A DNA stretch of 64,000 nucleotides from the NCBI GenBank assembly GCA_964630705.1, contig CAZVZH010000002.1, positions 3,727 to 67,726 of the forward strand, written 5' to 3'. This DNA comes from an uncultured Saprospiraceae bacterium. Lineage in GTDB: Bacteria > Bacteroidota > Bacteroidia > Chitinophagales > Saprospiraceae. Made by a program: the position numbers and the translations under genes. This document shows, one piece after another, positions 52,572 to 61,503 of this stretch. The notes beneath the pieces were generated by a model that was given only the letters and a program-made list of their open reading frames with translations, ran no database searches and was not told where the DNA came from. Numbering within the stretch: position 1 is the first letter of the stretch; each line of letters begins with the position of its first letter.

Positions 52572-53852
52572 TTACAAGTCGTATTGTTTGATCTTCCGGT
52601 ACAGGGTGCGTTCCGAAATCTTCAGTTCTTCGGCCGCCTCCTTGCGTCGTCCATTGTATTTTTTCAGCGCCCGGCGGATGGCATCTTTTTCGATTTCATC
52701 CATGGCTAGCGGCGCGTCTTCCACTTCAGAACGGTCGAAAACGTTGGCGTTGGAGGGCTTGGAAGGTTCCAGGATAATGGGCGTCACCCTGCCGGATTCC
52801 GCTGCTGCGGTATCGCGCGGCCGGTAAGGCTCGTCGGCTTCGTCATCGGTTGGAGGAAAGCCCAGTGAAGGTTGCAAGCGCCGGTAGCTGTTTGGGTCGG
52901 GCACGCGCAGGTCGTTGTTGTGAATGAGCTCAAAAATCAGGGATTTGAGATCGTTCAGGTCGGTTTTCATATCGACCAGAAGTTTGTAAAAGATTTCGCG
53001 CTCCTGAAAATCGCCGCCGGGTTTGCGGTTGTGCCAATCTGATACCATCGGCAGGTTGCGGGAAAGCACCTGTGGCATCTGTTGCTGTAAGGCCTGCGCG
53101 GTAACCTCCCGGTCTTCGGAGAGAATGGACAGTTGCTCGGCGATATTTTTGAGCTCGCGAATATTGCCTGGCCAACGGTACGATTCGAGCGCATACTGCG
53201 CCTGGTCGTCGAGCCGGATCGGTTGCATCCGGTATTTTTCCGCAAAATCAGACGCAAATTTCCGGAACAACAGCATGATGTCTTCCCGCCGGTCTTTTAG
53301 CGCGGGCACCCGGATGGGCACGGTGCTGAGACGGTAGTACAGGTCTTCCCGAAATTTGCCCTTCCGCACCCGTTCTTCCAAATCGACATTCGTAGCGGCA
53401 ATAACGCGCACGTCCGTTTTTTGAACTTTGGAAGAGCCGACCCGCAAAAACTCGCCCGACTCCAGCACGCGCAGCAGAAAGGCTTGGGTGTCGAGCGGCA
53501 TTTCTGCAATCTCATCGAGAAAAATCGTGCCGCCATTGACGGTTTCAAAATAACCCTTACGGTCGGATACTGCGCCGGTGAACGAGCCTTTTTCGTGGCC
53601 GAAAAGTTCGGAGTTGATGGTGCCTTCAGGAATGGCGCCGCAGTTGACCGCGATGAACTCGTTGTGTTTGCGGGCGCTGAGCGCATGAATTATTTTTGAA
53701 AAAACCTCCTTGCCTACGCCACTTTCGCCCATGATGAGTACGCTCAGATCGGTAGGCGCCACTCGGGCGGCGGTTTCCAAAGCTGCGTCGAGGAGATGGG
53801 AATTACCCACTATCCCGAATCGCGCTTTTATTCCTTGCAATTGATTGGCCAT
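52572..53852 (-). CDS. sigma-54-dependent transcriptional activator (AAA+ and Fis-type HTH, no receiver domain)
   Basis: Walker A GESGVGKE, GAFTGA-like GSFTGAV, ELFGHEKG, WPGNIRELKN, C-terminal HTH (ISERTLYRKIKQY). Confidence 0.9.
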   Translation of the reverse strand: MANQLQGIKARFGIVGNSHLLDAALETAARVAPTDLSVLIMGESGVGKEVFSKIIHALSARKHNEFIAVNCGAIPEGTINSELFGHEKGSFTGAVSDRKGYFETVNGGTIFLDEIAEMPLDTQAFLLRVLESGEFLRVGSSKVQKTDVRVIAATNVDLEERVRKGKFREDLYYRLSTVPIRVPALKDRREDIMLLFRKFASDFAEKYRMQPIRLDDQAQYALESYRWPGNIRELKNIAEQLSILSEDREVTAQALQQQMPQVLSRNLPMVSDWHNRKPGGDFQEREIFYKLLVDMKTDLNDLKSLIFELIHNNDLRVPDPNSYRRLQPSLGFPPTDDEADEPYRPRDTAAAESGRVTPIILEPSKPSNANVFDRSEVEDAPLAMDEIEKDAIRRALKKYNGRRKEAAEELKISERTLYRKIKQYDL

Positions 53853-53858
53853 GTTTTT

Positions 53859-54608
53859 TTAGTTGCAACCTGGGCTCAAGCGTACGTTCGCTTCGTCGTT
53901 CCATACCCAGCCTTCGATGTTTTTGTAGCGGACTTTTAAAAACTCGATTTCTCCCAATTCGGCGTCAGTTTGAATTTTTGTCTCCAAGACTTCCAATGCT
54001 ACATCGGCGGGCACCATGCCGGCTTCCAAGGCTGCATGATCGGCCTCCTCCAGCAGTTGAATGTCTTCCAGCGTTGTCAGATAGCAACCGCTCGTTTCGT
54101 CGGCTCCGGCCGGATCGGCTGCGGCGGCGCCAGCGGCGCTTCCAGTGTCAGTTTCATGGAATTCGGTTGCTTGCCCCGCATCGGTTGCGCCAGTATCGCA
54201 CATGCTAATCCCGACGACAAAGAGTGCGATGGCGCCAATAGCGACGACGATGTATTTGTAAACGTTATTTCCGCCGGCGCCCGCAGCCGCAGCGCCAACC
54301 GCCGGCGGAGCGGCTGAAAAAATCGGATGCTCATCACTTTTGCCGGTAAGGGCGTCGGTCAGGCTCAGCATCGAAACCCGAATCTGGTTGCGGTTGCGCT
54401 CGGCTTGCTCGAAGGCGATCAGCCCTTGCAATTCGGCTTTTTTTACCTCCGAAATCTGCCCCTGCAAGTGGATGATTTCATTTCTCACCTTGTTCGCCTG
54501 GCCAGACGACAGGTTGGATTCGGCGTAGGTGCCCAGCAGTTTTACAGCATCTTCCAGATCGCCTTTTGCCAGCAGTTCTTTTACTTGGGTAATGATCAGT
54601 GGTTCCAT
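53859..54608 (-). CDS. hypothetical bitopic membrane protein: N-terminal helical adaptor-like module, single TM, SH3-like C-terminal domain
   Basis: aa 1-90 helical, resembling the N-terminus of the 40268-41794 protein. TM YKYIVVAIGAIALFVVGISM. C-terminus ...EIEFLKVRYKNIEGWVWNDEANV is SH3b-like. Confidence 0.6.
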   Translation of the reverse strand: MEPLIITQVKELLAKGDLEDAVKLLGTYAESNLSSGQANKVRNEIIHLQGQISEVKKAELQGLIAFEQAERNRNQIRVSMLSLTDALTGKSDEHPIFSAAPPAVGAAAAGAGGNNVYKYIVVAIGAIALFVVGISMCDTGATDAGQATEFHETDTGSAAGAAAADPAGADETSGCYLTTLEDIQLLEEADHAALEAGMVPADVALEVLETKIQTDAELGEIEFLKVRYKNIEGWVWNDEANVRLSPGCN

Positions 54609-54641
54609 TTGATAACGTATTTTTTAGGAGGCCGGCTTTCG

Positions 54642-56078
54642 TCAGGAAAGCACGGTCCCAATCAGGGTTGCACTGGTAGCTTCGTGAATGCGTACCTGGA
54701 CATAGTCGCCGGGTTTAAGTCCATCTTTTTTGGGGAACACCACCATTTTGTTTTGGGTGTTCCGGCCGCAAAAATCCTGGTCCGACTTCCGGGAATCGCG
54801 CTCGATGAGCACTTCGAAGGTTTTCCCGATGTCGGCCTGGTTGTGGCGCAGGCTTACAGCCGTTTGCAGGCGAATGACCTCGTTCAAGCGGCGTTTTTTG
54901 ATGGCCTCCGGAATGTCGTCGGCATATTTCCGGGCGGCCAGGGTGCCGGGCCGCTCGGAGTAGAAAAACATATACGACATGGAAAAATTCGCCCATTCGA
55001 TAATGCTCAAGGTATCCTGGTGCTCTTCCTCGGTTTCGGTGCAAAAACCCGTGATGATGTCGCTGGAAACAGCCGCCTCGGGCAGGATGCGGCGGATCGC
55101 CTCGATGCGTTGTTCGTACCAGGGGCGGTCGTACGTGCGGTTCATCAGCTCGAGAATGCGGCTGTTGCCCGATTGCACCGGCAGGTGAATGTATTTGCAA
55201 ATGTTGGGGTACCGGGCCATGGTGTGCAACACCTTGTCGGTCATGTCTTTCGGGTGGCTGGTGCTGAACCGCACGCGCAGCAGTGGACTGACCTGGGCGG
55301 TCATTTCCAGCAAGTCGGCAAAATCGACGCGTTCGCCAGTTTCCGGATGATCCCATTTATAGGAGTCGACATTTTGCCCGAGCAGGGTCACCTCGCGATA
55401 GCCGTTTTGAAACAAATCGGCGGCTTCGGCGACAACACTGTGCGGATCGCGCGAGCGCTCGCGGCCCCGGGTAAAGGGCACTACGCAGAATGAACACATG
55501 TTGTCGCAACCGCGCATAATGCTGATAAACGCAGTAATTCCGTTCGATTCGAGGCGTACCGGGTTGATGTCGGCGTAGGTTTCTTCACGGCTCAACAGCA
55601 CGTTCACCATGCGTTGGCCGTCTTCAGCGGCGCCAATGAGGCTGGGCAGGTCGCGGTAAGCATCAGGGCCGACGACGAGGTCGACCAGTTTTTCTTCCTC
55701 CAACCATTTTTTCTTCAACCGTTCGGCCATGCAGCCCAGCACGCCGACGAGGGCGCCGGGCCGTTGCTGTTTAACCGCCTCAAAATACCGCAGGCGTTTG
55801 CGCACGGTTTCTTCCGCTTTTTCCCGGATCGAGCAGGTGTTGATCAGGATTAAATCGCTCTCTTCGGCATTGCGAGTGGGCGAAAAACCCACTTCGGCCA
55901 AAATGGAGGCCACGATTTCGCTGTCGGAAAAATTCATCTGGCAGCCGTAGCTTTCGATGTAAAACCTCTTGCCGCCGGCGGTTGGCGATGCTTGCCAGTG
56001 CTCCTTGAACAGCGCCTTGCCCTGGATAGATTCGTCGATGTGTTTGAGCCCGGTCAGGGTCGGATTGTTATCGTACAT
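54642..56078 (-). CDS. miaB: tRNA-i6A37 methylthiotransferase
   Basis: [11 protein letters not shown] (UPF0004 domain), radical-SAM [13 protein letters not shown]-terminus. Confidence 0.92.
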   Translation of the reverse strand: MYDNNPTLTGLKHIDESIQGKALFKEHWQASPTAGGKRFYIESYGCQMNFSDSEIVASILAEVGFSPTRNAEESDLILINTCSIREKAEETVRKRLRYFEAVKQQRPGALVGVLGCMAERLKKKWLEEEKLVDLVVGPDAYRDLPSLIGAAEDGQRMVNVLLSREETYADINPVRLESNGITAFISIMRGCDNMCSFCVVPFTRGRERSRDPHSVVAEAADLFQNGYREVTLLGQNVDSYKWDHPETGERVDFADLLEMTAQVSPLLRVRFSTSHPKDMTDKVLHTMARYPNICKYIHLPVQSGNSRILELMNRTYDRPWYEQRIEAIRRILPEAAVSSDIITGFCTETEEEHQDTLSIIEWANFSMSYMFFYSERPGTLAARKYADDIPEAIKKRRLNEVIRLQTAVSLRHNQADIGKTFEVLIERDSRKSDQDFCGRNTQNKMVVFPKKDGLKPGDYVQVRIHEATSATLIGTVLS

Positions 56079-56150
56079 AAATTATTGTCAGAATGCGCCG
56101 CAAAGGTACTGTGTTTTCAAAGAAAAATGCCAAAATGGCAGAAGCCGGGA

Positions 56151-56193
56151 CCAAAAAATATGCCCGGCGGAAACGCATCCGGCCGGGCATATT
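56151..56193 (-). terminator. rho-independent terminator after the 112-aa ORF
   Basis: Minus strand has a perfect 12-bp stem AATATGCCCGGC...GCCGGGCATATT followed by a T-run. Confidence 0.75.
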
Positions 56194-56213
56194 AAAATGA
56201 AAAGGATGGCGGC

Positions 56214-56552
56214 TTAAATAGCGGCAACCACTGTAATCGCCGTGCGCAGCAGGAGCCGTACCACATCTTCCGACACGAGGTCGAATTTAGCTTTTGAAAT
56301 GGCGGCCTGTTCGAGCAATTCAATTTTTACCAGTTCGCCCCGGCCGCGCACCAAAAACTCGAAGTCCTCCTCGGAAATCTTCCGGCTTTCCAACAATTCG
56401 GAATAGCGGATCACATCGTCGCGCATGCCGTTTTTAAGTTCTATCGCAGCTTTTTCATACGCTTTTTTACGGCGTTTCACGAAGTTGCCGACAATATCCA
56501 GCACCTGGTCGTCCAGGTTGGCGAGCGCTTTTTCAACATCTTTTTTTGGCAT
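56214..56552 (-). CDS. hypothetical protein (helical, C-terminal hydrophobic tail)
   Basis: 112-aa ORF followed by a strong terminator. No family recognised. Confidence 0.5.
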   Translation of the reverse strand: MPKKDVEKALANLDDQVLDIVGNFVKRRKKAYEKAAIELKNGMRDDVIRYSELLESRKISEEDFEFLVRGRGELVKIELLEQAAISKAKFDLVSEDVVRLLLRTAITVVAAI

Positions 56553-56597
56553 AAGAATGCGTGTTGGTTGGTGATCAAATGTTCAGCAGGGGAGTGC

Positions 56598-57041
56598 TTA
56601 TTTAGGTTTTGATTCTTCCGCCCGGATAATGGAGGCAATGGCGCTTTTCACCTGATCGGTGGCTTCCTTCACAAAGTCCTTGTCCAGCTTGCCTTTTTCT
56701 TTCCAACGATCGAGAAAGGGTTGCACCATTTTGTCGCGCAGTAGTCGGTACTGTTCCGTCACTTCTTTGTTTTTGGGCGTGGCAGCTGCCCGGTCGTAGG
56801 CGGCCGTGAGGCTGGCTACGATGGCTTTCACTTCCGGTTCGTTTTCGGAATAGGCTTTGGTGGCTTTGAGCATCAGCGCCGGGACGTTTTTTGCCAAATT
56901 TTTGGCATTTTCGATCGCCACAGTGTCGATACGGGCGCTGGTACAGCTGGCCACCAGGGCCAGCAGGGCCGCCAGCGCAAAGCTGGTCCAGGCCGTAGCA
57001 GGACGGAAGATCGAAGGGCTGATCGAGCGGATGGTTCTCAT
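56598..57041 (-). CDS. hypothetical lipoprotein
   Basis: Start at MRTIRS. Lipobox LLALVASC follows a signal sequence. Confidence 0.55.
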   Translation of the reverse strand: MRTIRSISPSIFRPATAWTSFALAALLALVASCTSARIDTVAIENAKNLAKNVPALMLKATKAYSENEPEVKAIVASLTAAYDRAAATPKNKEVTEQYRLLRDKMVQPFLDRWKEKGKLDKDFVKEATDQVKSAIASIIRAEESKPK

Positions 57042-57115
57042 AAAAAATCGTTTTTGGTGAACGTGAAGGTATAACAGGCGAAATGAACGATCAAAAGTAG
57101 GATAAATGATGCAGA

Positions 57116-57994
57116 TCAAATACCGGCTGAAATTTTTTCCAGGGTGCGCTCGATCAGCCGCTGCACGGTTTGGCCGGGCGCCGCGCTGAATTTGCCCAAG
57201 GGCCGGTTGGCAATAATGGCGCTGAGCGAAATGGCGCGGTGCCCCAGGAGCCGGGCCAGTCCGAACATGGCAGCCGTTTCCATTTCCAGATTCAACACCC
57301 GGCGGCCTTCAAATTCAAAGGTATGCAGCCAATCGAGGTATTCGGGCAACCGCACCGGCGCCCGAAGTTGCCGGCCTTGCGGACCATAAAAGCCGGGGTT
57401 GGTGGCGGTCAGCCCTTGGTAAAATCCATCGCTGAAAACCTGCGCCAAACCGGCGTCGGCTTCGGCGTAATAGGGCGCCAACGGAAACGACCAGCGCGGG
57501 CCAAAATGCGCCCGCAGGGCCTGCACCAGGGCGTGTTCCTGCTGTTCCGGCGCCTGATAAAATTGGAGCAGCCCGTCGAGGCCAATGCCGCCGGTTGAGG
57601 CCACAAAACTGTCGGCGGGCACCTCCGCCTGCAGGCCGCCGGCGGTGCCGATGCGGATGATGGTCAGGCTGGTCGTTTGGGCTTTGACTTGCCGCTGGTC
57701 CAGGTCGATGTTGAACAGCGCGTCGAGTTCATTAAAAACGATGTCGATGTTGTCGGGGCCGATACCTGTCGATAACACGCTCAGCCGGGTATTGCCCAAC
57801 CAGCCGGTGTGGGTGACAAATTCCCGTTTTTGCACCCGGTGCTCCACCCGGTCAAAATAGCGGCTCACCCGCTCCACGCGGTCTTGATCGCCCACGGTAA
57901 TGATGATCGGAGCCACTTGTTCGGGCTGCAGGTTGAGGTGGTAAATGCTTCCGTCGGCGTTGCGGATCAGTTCGGATTCCTGAATCTTTTTCAT
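57116..57994 (-). CDS. nucleoside phosphorylase (PNP/UDP family, uridine-phosphorylase-like)
   Basis: IYHLNL...IITVGDQDRV...VLSTGIGPDN...IRIGTAGG...LNLEMETAA motifs. Confidence 0.75.
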   Translation of the reverse strand: MKKIQESELIRNADGSIYHLNLQPEQVAPIIITVGDQDRVERVSRYFDRVEHRVQKREFVTHTGWLGNTRLSVLSTGIGPDNIDIVFNELDALFNIDLDQRQVKAQTTSLTIIRIGTAGGLQAEVPADSFVASTGGIGLDGLLQFYQAPEQQEHALVQALRAHFGPRWSFPLAPYYAEADAGLAQVFSDGFYQGLTATNPGFYGPQGRQLRAPVRLPEYLDWLHTFEFEGRRVLNLEMETAAMFGLARLLGHRAISLSAIIANRPLGKFSAAPGQTVQRLIERTLEKISAGI

Positions 57995-58066
57995 TTTTCA
58001 GCGATTTGTTTACTGCCGTGAAAATACAGGGCAATTCCCCGTTTCTTTGCAGCTGAACGGAAAAAG

Positions 58067-59344
58067 ATGCCTACGCTTTTGAAAAACAATCCGACGCCCA
58101 AATCTTCCCCGCTAGCCCCCATTTTCCTAACCGTTTTTCTCGACATGCTGGGAGTTGGGATCATCATTCCGGTTTTGCCGGCCCTGTTTATTTCACCCGA
58201 CACCAGCATTTTGGCCGCCGATACTACCCTGACTGATCGCTCGCTGCTGTACGGTTACCTGATTGCCATTTACCCGCTGATGCAATTTTTTGGCGCGCCG
58301 GTATTGGGGGCCTTGTCTGACCGGTATGGCCGCCGGCCCATGCTCGTCGTATCTTTAGCCGGCACTTTGCTGGGCTACCTGCTGTTTGGCTGGGCTATTT
58401 TATTAAAAAACTTACCCCTGCTGTTTTTGAGCCGCGCACTGCCAGGATTTACCGGCGGCAATATCAGCATCGTGTATTCCGCTATTTCCGACCTTACCGT
58501 GAAGATGCCGGAAAACCGGCCCAAGTACTTCGGTTTGATCGGTATGGCCTTCGGACTCGGGTTTATCCTCGGCCCCGCCCTGGGCGGCCTGCTCGCCGAC
58601 AACACGGTGCTTTCCTGGTTCGATCACGCTACGCCTTTTTGGTTTACTGCCGGACTCACGCTGCTCAACATCCTGTTGTTGTGGCGCTTGTTTCCGGAAA
58701 CGCTGCCTGAAAAGCGCGACACGCCGGTTCGTTTTACTACCGGTATCCGCAACATCCGCAAAGCGTTTTCGTCGCCTAACCTTCGGGGGATTTTCCAGGT
58801 GTCGATGTTGCTTTCGCTGGGCTTCTCTTTTTTCGCCCAGTTTTTTGCCGTGTATTTGATGCAGCGCTTCGGGATGAAGGAAAAAGACATTGGGCTGATT
58901 TTCGCCTGGGTGGGTATCTGGCTGGTGTTCACGCAGGGCGTGACGGTCCGGCAGTTGTCGAAGCGAGTACCCTCTCAAAAAATTCTGCGCTATTCCATCG
59001 TGTTGTTGAGCATTTCCGTACCCCTGGTGCTGTTGGTCGACAGCCCCTGGATGGTCCTGTGGGTCAATCCTTTGATCGCCACCTTCCAAGGCATCACCGC
59101 GCCGAACCTCACCACAGTGGTCAGCGCTCAGGCCAGCGCCCAGGAGCAAGGTGAAATTTTGGGCATCAACCAAAGCATGATTTCGGTAGGGCAGCTCGTG
59201 CCGCCCCTGATCGCCGGCTATTTGAACAGCCTGGATGGGGCTTATCCAATTCTGGCGGCTGGAATGACCATCTTTCTCGGCTGGATCGTGTACATTCGCC
59301 TGCGTTTAGACCAGGACAAAACCGCCGCAGCGCCCACATTATGA
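58067..59344 (+). CDS. MFS transporter (TetA/TCR-like drug:H+ antiporter family)
   Basis: 12 predicted TM helices. Motif GALSDRYGRRP between TM2 and TM3. Confidence 0.85.
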   Translation: MPTLLKNNPTPKSSPLAPIFLTVFLDMLGVGIIIPVLPALFISPDTSILAADTTLTDRSLLYGYLIAIYPLMQFFGAPVLGALSDRYGRRPMLVVSLAGTLLGYLLFGWAILLKNLPLLFLSRALPGFTGGNISIVYSAISDLTVKMPENRPKYFGLIGMAFGLGFILGPALGGLLADNTVLSWFDHATPFWFTAGLTLLNILLLWRLFPETLPEKRDTPVRFTTGIRNIRKAFSSPNLRGIFQVSMLLSLGFSFFAQFFAVYLMQRFGMKEKDIGLIFAWVGIWLVFTQGVTVRQLSKRVPSQKILRYSIVLLSISVPLVLLVDSPWMVLWVNPLIATFQGITAPNLTTVVSAQASAQEQGEILGINQSMISVGQLVPPLIAGYLNSLDGAYPILAAGMTIFLGWIVYIRLRLDQDKTAAAPTL

Positions 59345-59631
59345 AAAAGAAAAACGACTTTTCGTTGCAGGAAGCCATGCAGGATATGATCCGGCAATAC
59401 CGTTTGCAGCCCCAGTTGAACGAAACGCGGGTTAAAATGCTGTGGGAAAAACTGATGGGAAAAACCATTGCAACCTACACCTCGAACATCCGGTTGCAGA
59501 AAAACGTCTTGCACCTCACCATCCTCTCCGCCCCGCTCAAGCACGAGCTGTCTTTCGGCAAGGAAAAAATTATGGCCTTGCTCAACGAAGAAATCGGCGA
59601 AGACCTGATTAAAGAAGTGGTGATCCGCTAG
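59341..59631 (+). CDS. DUF721 (DciA-like) protein
   Basis: 96 aa. W..LMGK.IA..T......KNVLHLTI.SAP.K.EL pattern. ATGA overlap with the MFS stop. Confidence 0.7.
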   Translation: MKKKNDFSLQEAMQDMIRQYRLQPQLNETRVKMLWEKLMGKTIATYTSNIRLQKNVLHLTILSAPLKHELSFGKEKIMALLNEEIGEDLIKEVVIR

Positions 59632-59634
59632 CGC

Positions 59635-60615
59635 TTATTTGTCGGGGCGTTTGCCCTGATGCAAAAACTCCTGATACGCTTTGAGCTCTGCCCATTCGCC
59701 ATTGGCAGCCAGCAATGCTTGCGACGGCCAGGTGCCAGGGTCGTGTACGACGAAACGGGGGCCCGCATCAGCCAAAATGTTTTTGATTTGTTGAACGCCG
59801 GTGGCCGCCAGTTGGCCGTAAGTCGTGATGCCCGCTTGAAACAGCACCTCTTCGATTTTCGGCCCGATGCCTTCTACAATTTTCAGGTCGTCGTGCGGGC
59901 CCTTGGTTACCGCGGCGATCACGGACGGCTCCTGCTCCGCAGGCTTGGCCGGCGTTTTTTGGGCAACCGGCTCCTCCGCTTCCGCAATACCTTCTTCCAA
60001 ATGCTCCTCCGCCACCGGGGCGATAAAAATTGGCGACGGGATGGCGGCTGCTCCGGCGTCTGCATTTTCCTTTAAGGCTGCCAGCTGGGGCTCCGCATCC
60101 AGTGCCGGCGTTTGGGAAAGGTTTTCCGGATCGGCAATGCTGGCTTCCAGGTCGGGAAGGTCGCCGTCGAGCGGCCGGCTGGGCAGCGGAGCGGGGATTT
60201 CCAGGCTGTGCGCGCCGGCCTCGGGTTCGTGCGCCATGCCGAATTCGGATTCCAGTTGCCGGTTGCGGGCCTGCACTTTTTCAAGGTCGCTTTGCAGGAC
60301 GGTCAGTTGGTTGCGCAGGTTTTCGCTGTCCCAGTTCAGGCTTTGTACCTGGCTTTCCAGGCTGGCGTAGCCCGATTCCGCTTCGGCCAGTTTATTTTTC
60401 AAACTTTCTTGTTCGGTGCGCAAGGTGGTCGCCGTGGCGTCGAGGCTGACGTTTTCGATGCGCAGGCGTTCGGCTTCCTGGCGGAAGCGACTCCACAGTA
60501 CCCATCCCAGCCAAAGCCCGAGCAGGAACATGACGCCGAGCATGAACAGAATTTCAAACGTGTGGGTGGTAAAGGTGCCCGTTCCGGGGCCTTGAAAGAC
60601 ATTTTGTTCGAACAT
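59635..60615 (-). CDS. membrane-anchored coiled-coil protein with C-terminal helix-hairpin-helix-like domain
   Basis: N-terminal TM ILFMLGVMFLLGLWLGWVLW, coiled coil, acidic/Pro-rich spacer. C-terminus DDLKIVEGIGPKIEEVLFQAGITTYGQLA. Confidence 0.6.
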   Translation of the reverse strand: MFEQNVFQGPGTGTFTTHTFEILFMLGVMFLLGLWLGWVLWSRFRQEAERLRIENVSLDATATTLRTEQESLKNKLAEAESGYASLESQVQSLNWDSENLRNQLTVLQSDLEKVQARNRQLESEFGMAHEPEAGAHSLEIPAPLPSRPLDGDLPDLEASIADPENLSQTPALDAEPQLAALKENADAGAAAIPSPIFIAPVAEEHLEEGIAEAEEPVAQKTPAKPAEQEPSVIAAVTKGPHDDLKIVEGIGPKIEEVLFQAGITTYGQLAATGVQQIKNILADAGPRFVVHDPGTWPSQALLAANGEWAELKAYQEFLHQGKRPDK

Positions 60616-60653
60616 AGCGGAGTTGGAATTAGCGAATTATGGCGTGCAGCGGT

Positions 60654-61274
60654 TTATTTAACCCGGATTTCGACCCGGCGATTTTGGTAGCGTCCTTTGG
60701 GGTGATCGTTAGAGGCAATGGGCTTGCGCTCGCCGTACGATTTACAAACGATCTGTTTTTTTGCCACCCCTTTTTTTATCAGCAAATCGCGGATGTTTTT
60801 GGCCCGGCGCAGGGCGAAGGCCTCATTGGTTTTGCTGTCGCCCACATTGTCGGTATGGCCCGTGAGCGTGACGGTTCCGCCGCCGTCGATCAGCTGGCGC
60901 GCCAGCCGGCTCAGGTACGCGTCGATGGCGGCATCCTCTTCTTTTCTGGTGGAATTGTACGGGAAATGGATCAGCGCATGGTCGGCCAGTTCTTCTACCT
61001 GTACGCGGTTGATATCCGGCTCGGCAGCTGGAGCGGTACTGGTTGGCGGAGTCACGCTGGAACTGGCGCTGTCAGACTCCAAAGGCGTAAACGCCGGCTG
61101 GCTGTTGTTGGGGCCTTGATCGCCTTCCAGCGATTCAGCTTCGAAGGGGATGGCTTGCTGCGCCAGGGCCGGCGCCGTAGCGCCGCACACTTGTTTGATG
61201 CCGCAAACATACCGGTAGCAACACAGGGCACTCCACAATACAACAACCGCCAGTACCAGTGTTTTAGAACTCAT
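60654..61274 (-). CDS. OmpA-family peptidoglycan-associated protein
   Basis: C-terminal OmpA_C motifs LTGHTDNVGD...NEAFALRRAKN...NRRVEI. Confidence 0.85.
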   Translation of the reverse strand: MSSKTLVLAVVVLWSALCCYRYVCGIKQVCGATAPALAQQAIPFEAESLEGDQGPNNSQPAFTPLESDSASSSVTPPTSTAPAAEPDINRVQVEELADHALIHFPYNSTRKEEDAAIDAYLSRLARQLIDGGGTVTLTGHTDNVGDSKTNEAFALRRAKNIRDLLIKKGVAKKQIVCKSYGERKPIASNDHPKGRYQNRRVEIRVK

Positions 61275-61503
61275 GATGATCGGTTTTCCGCTAAAAAAAA
61301 AGTTTGTAAATCGGGTGTTAGTTGCGGCTTTTTGAATGGTTTGACAAAACTACGGTAATTTTACCGGGCAAAAAAATATACGCGGGCTACTTGCCATTGC
61401 CGGTCGCCAGCCATTTAATCCCAGGCGTTGCCAGCCAGAATAAATTTACTTTAAACCGCAACCTTCGGTCCCAATCCGGGTTCCTGTTCGGAAGATTCCC
61501 GTT

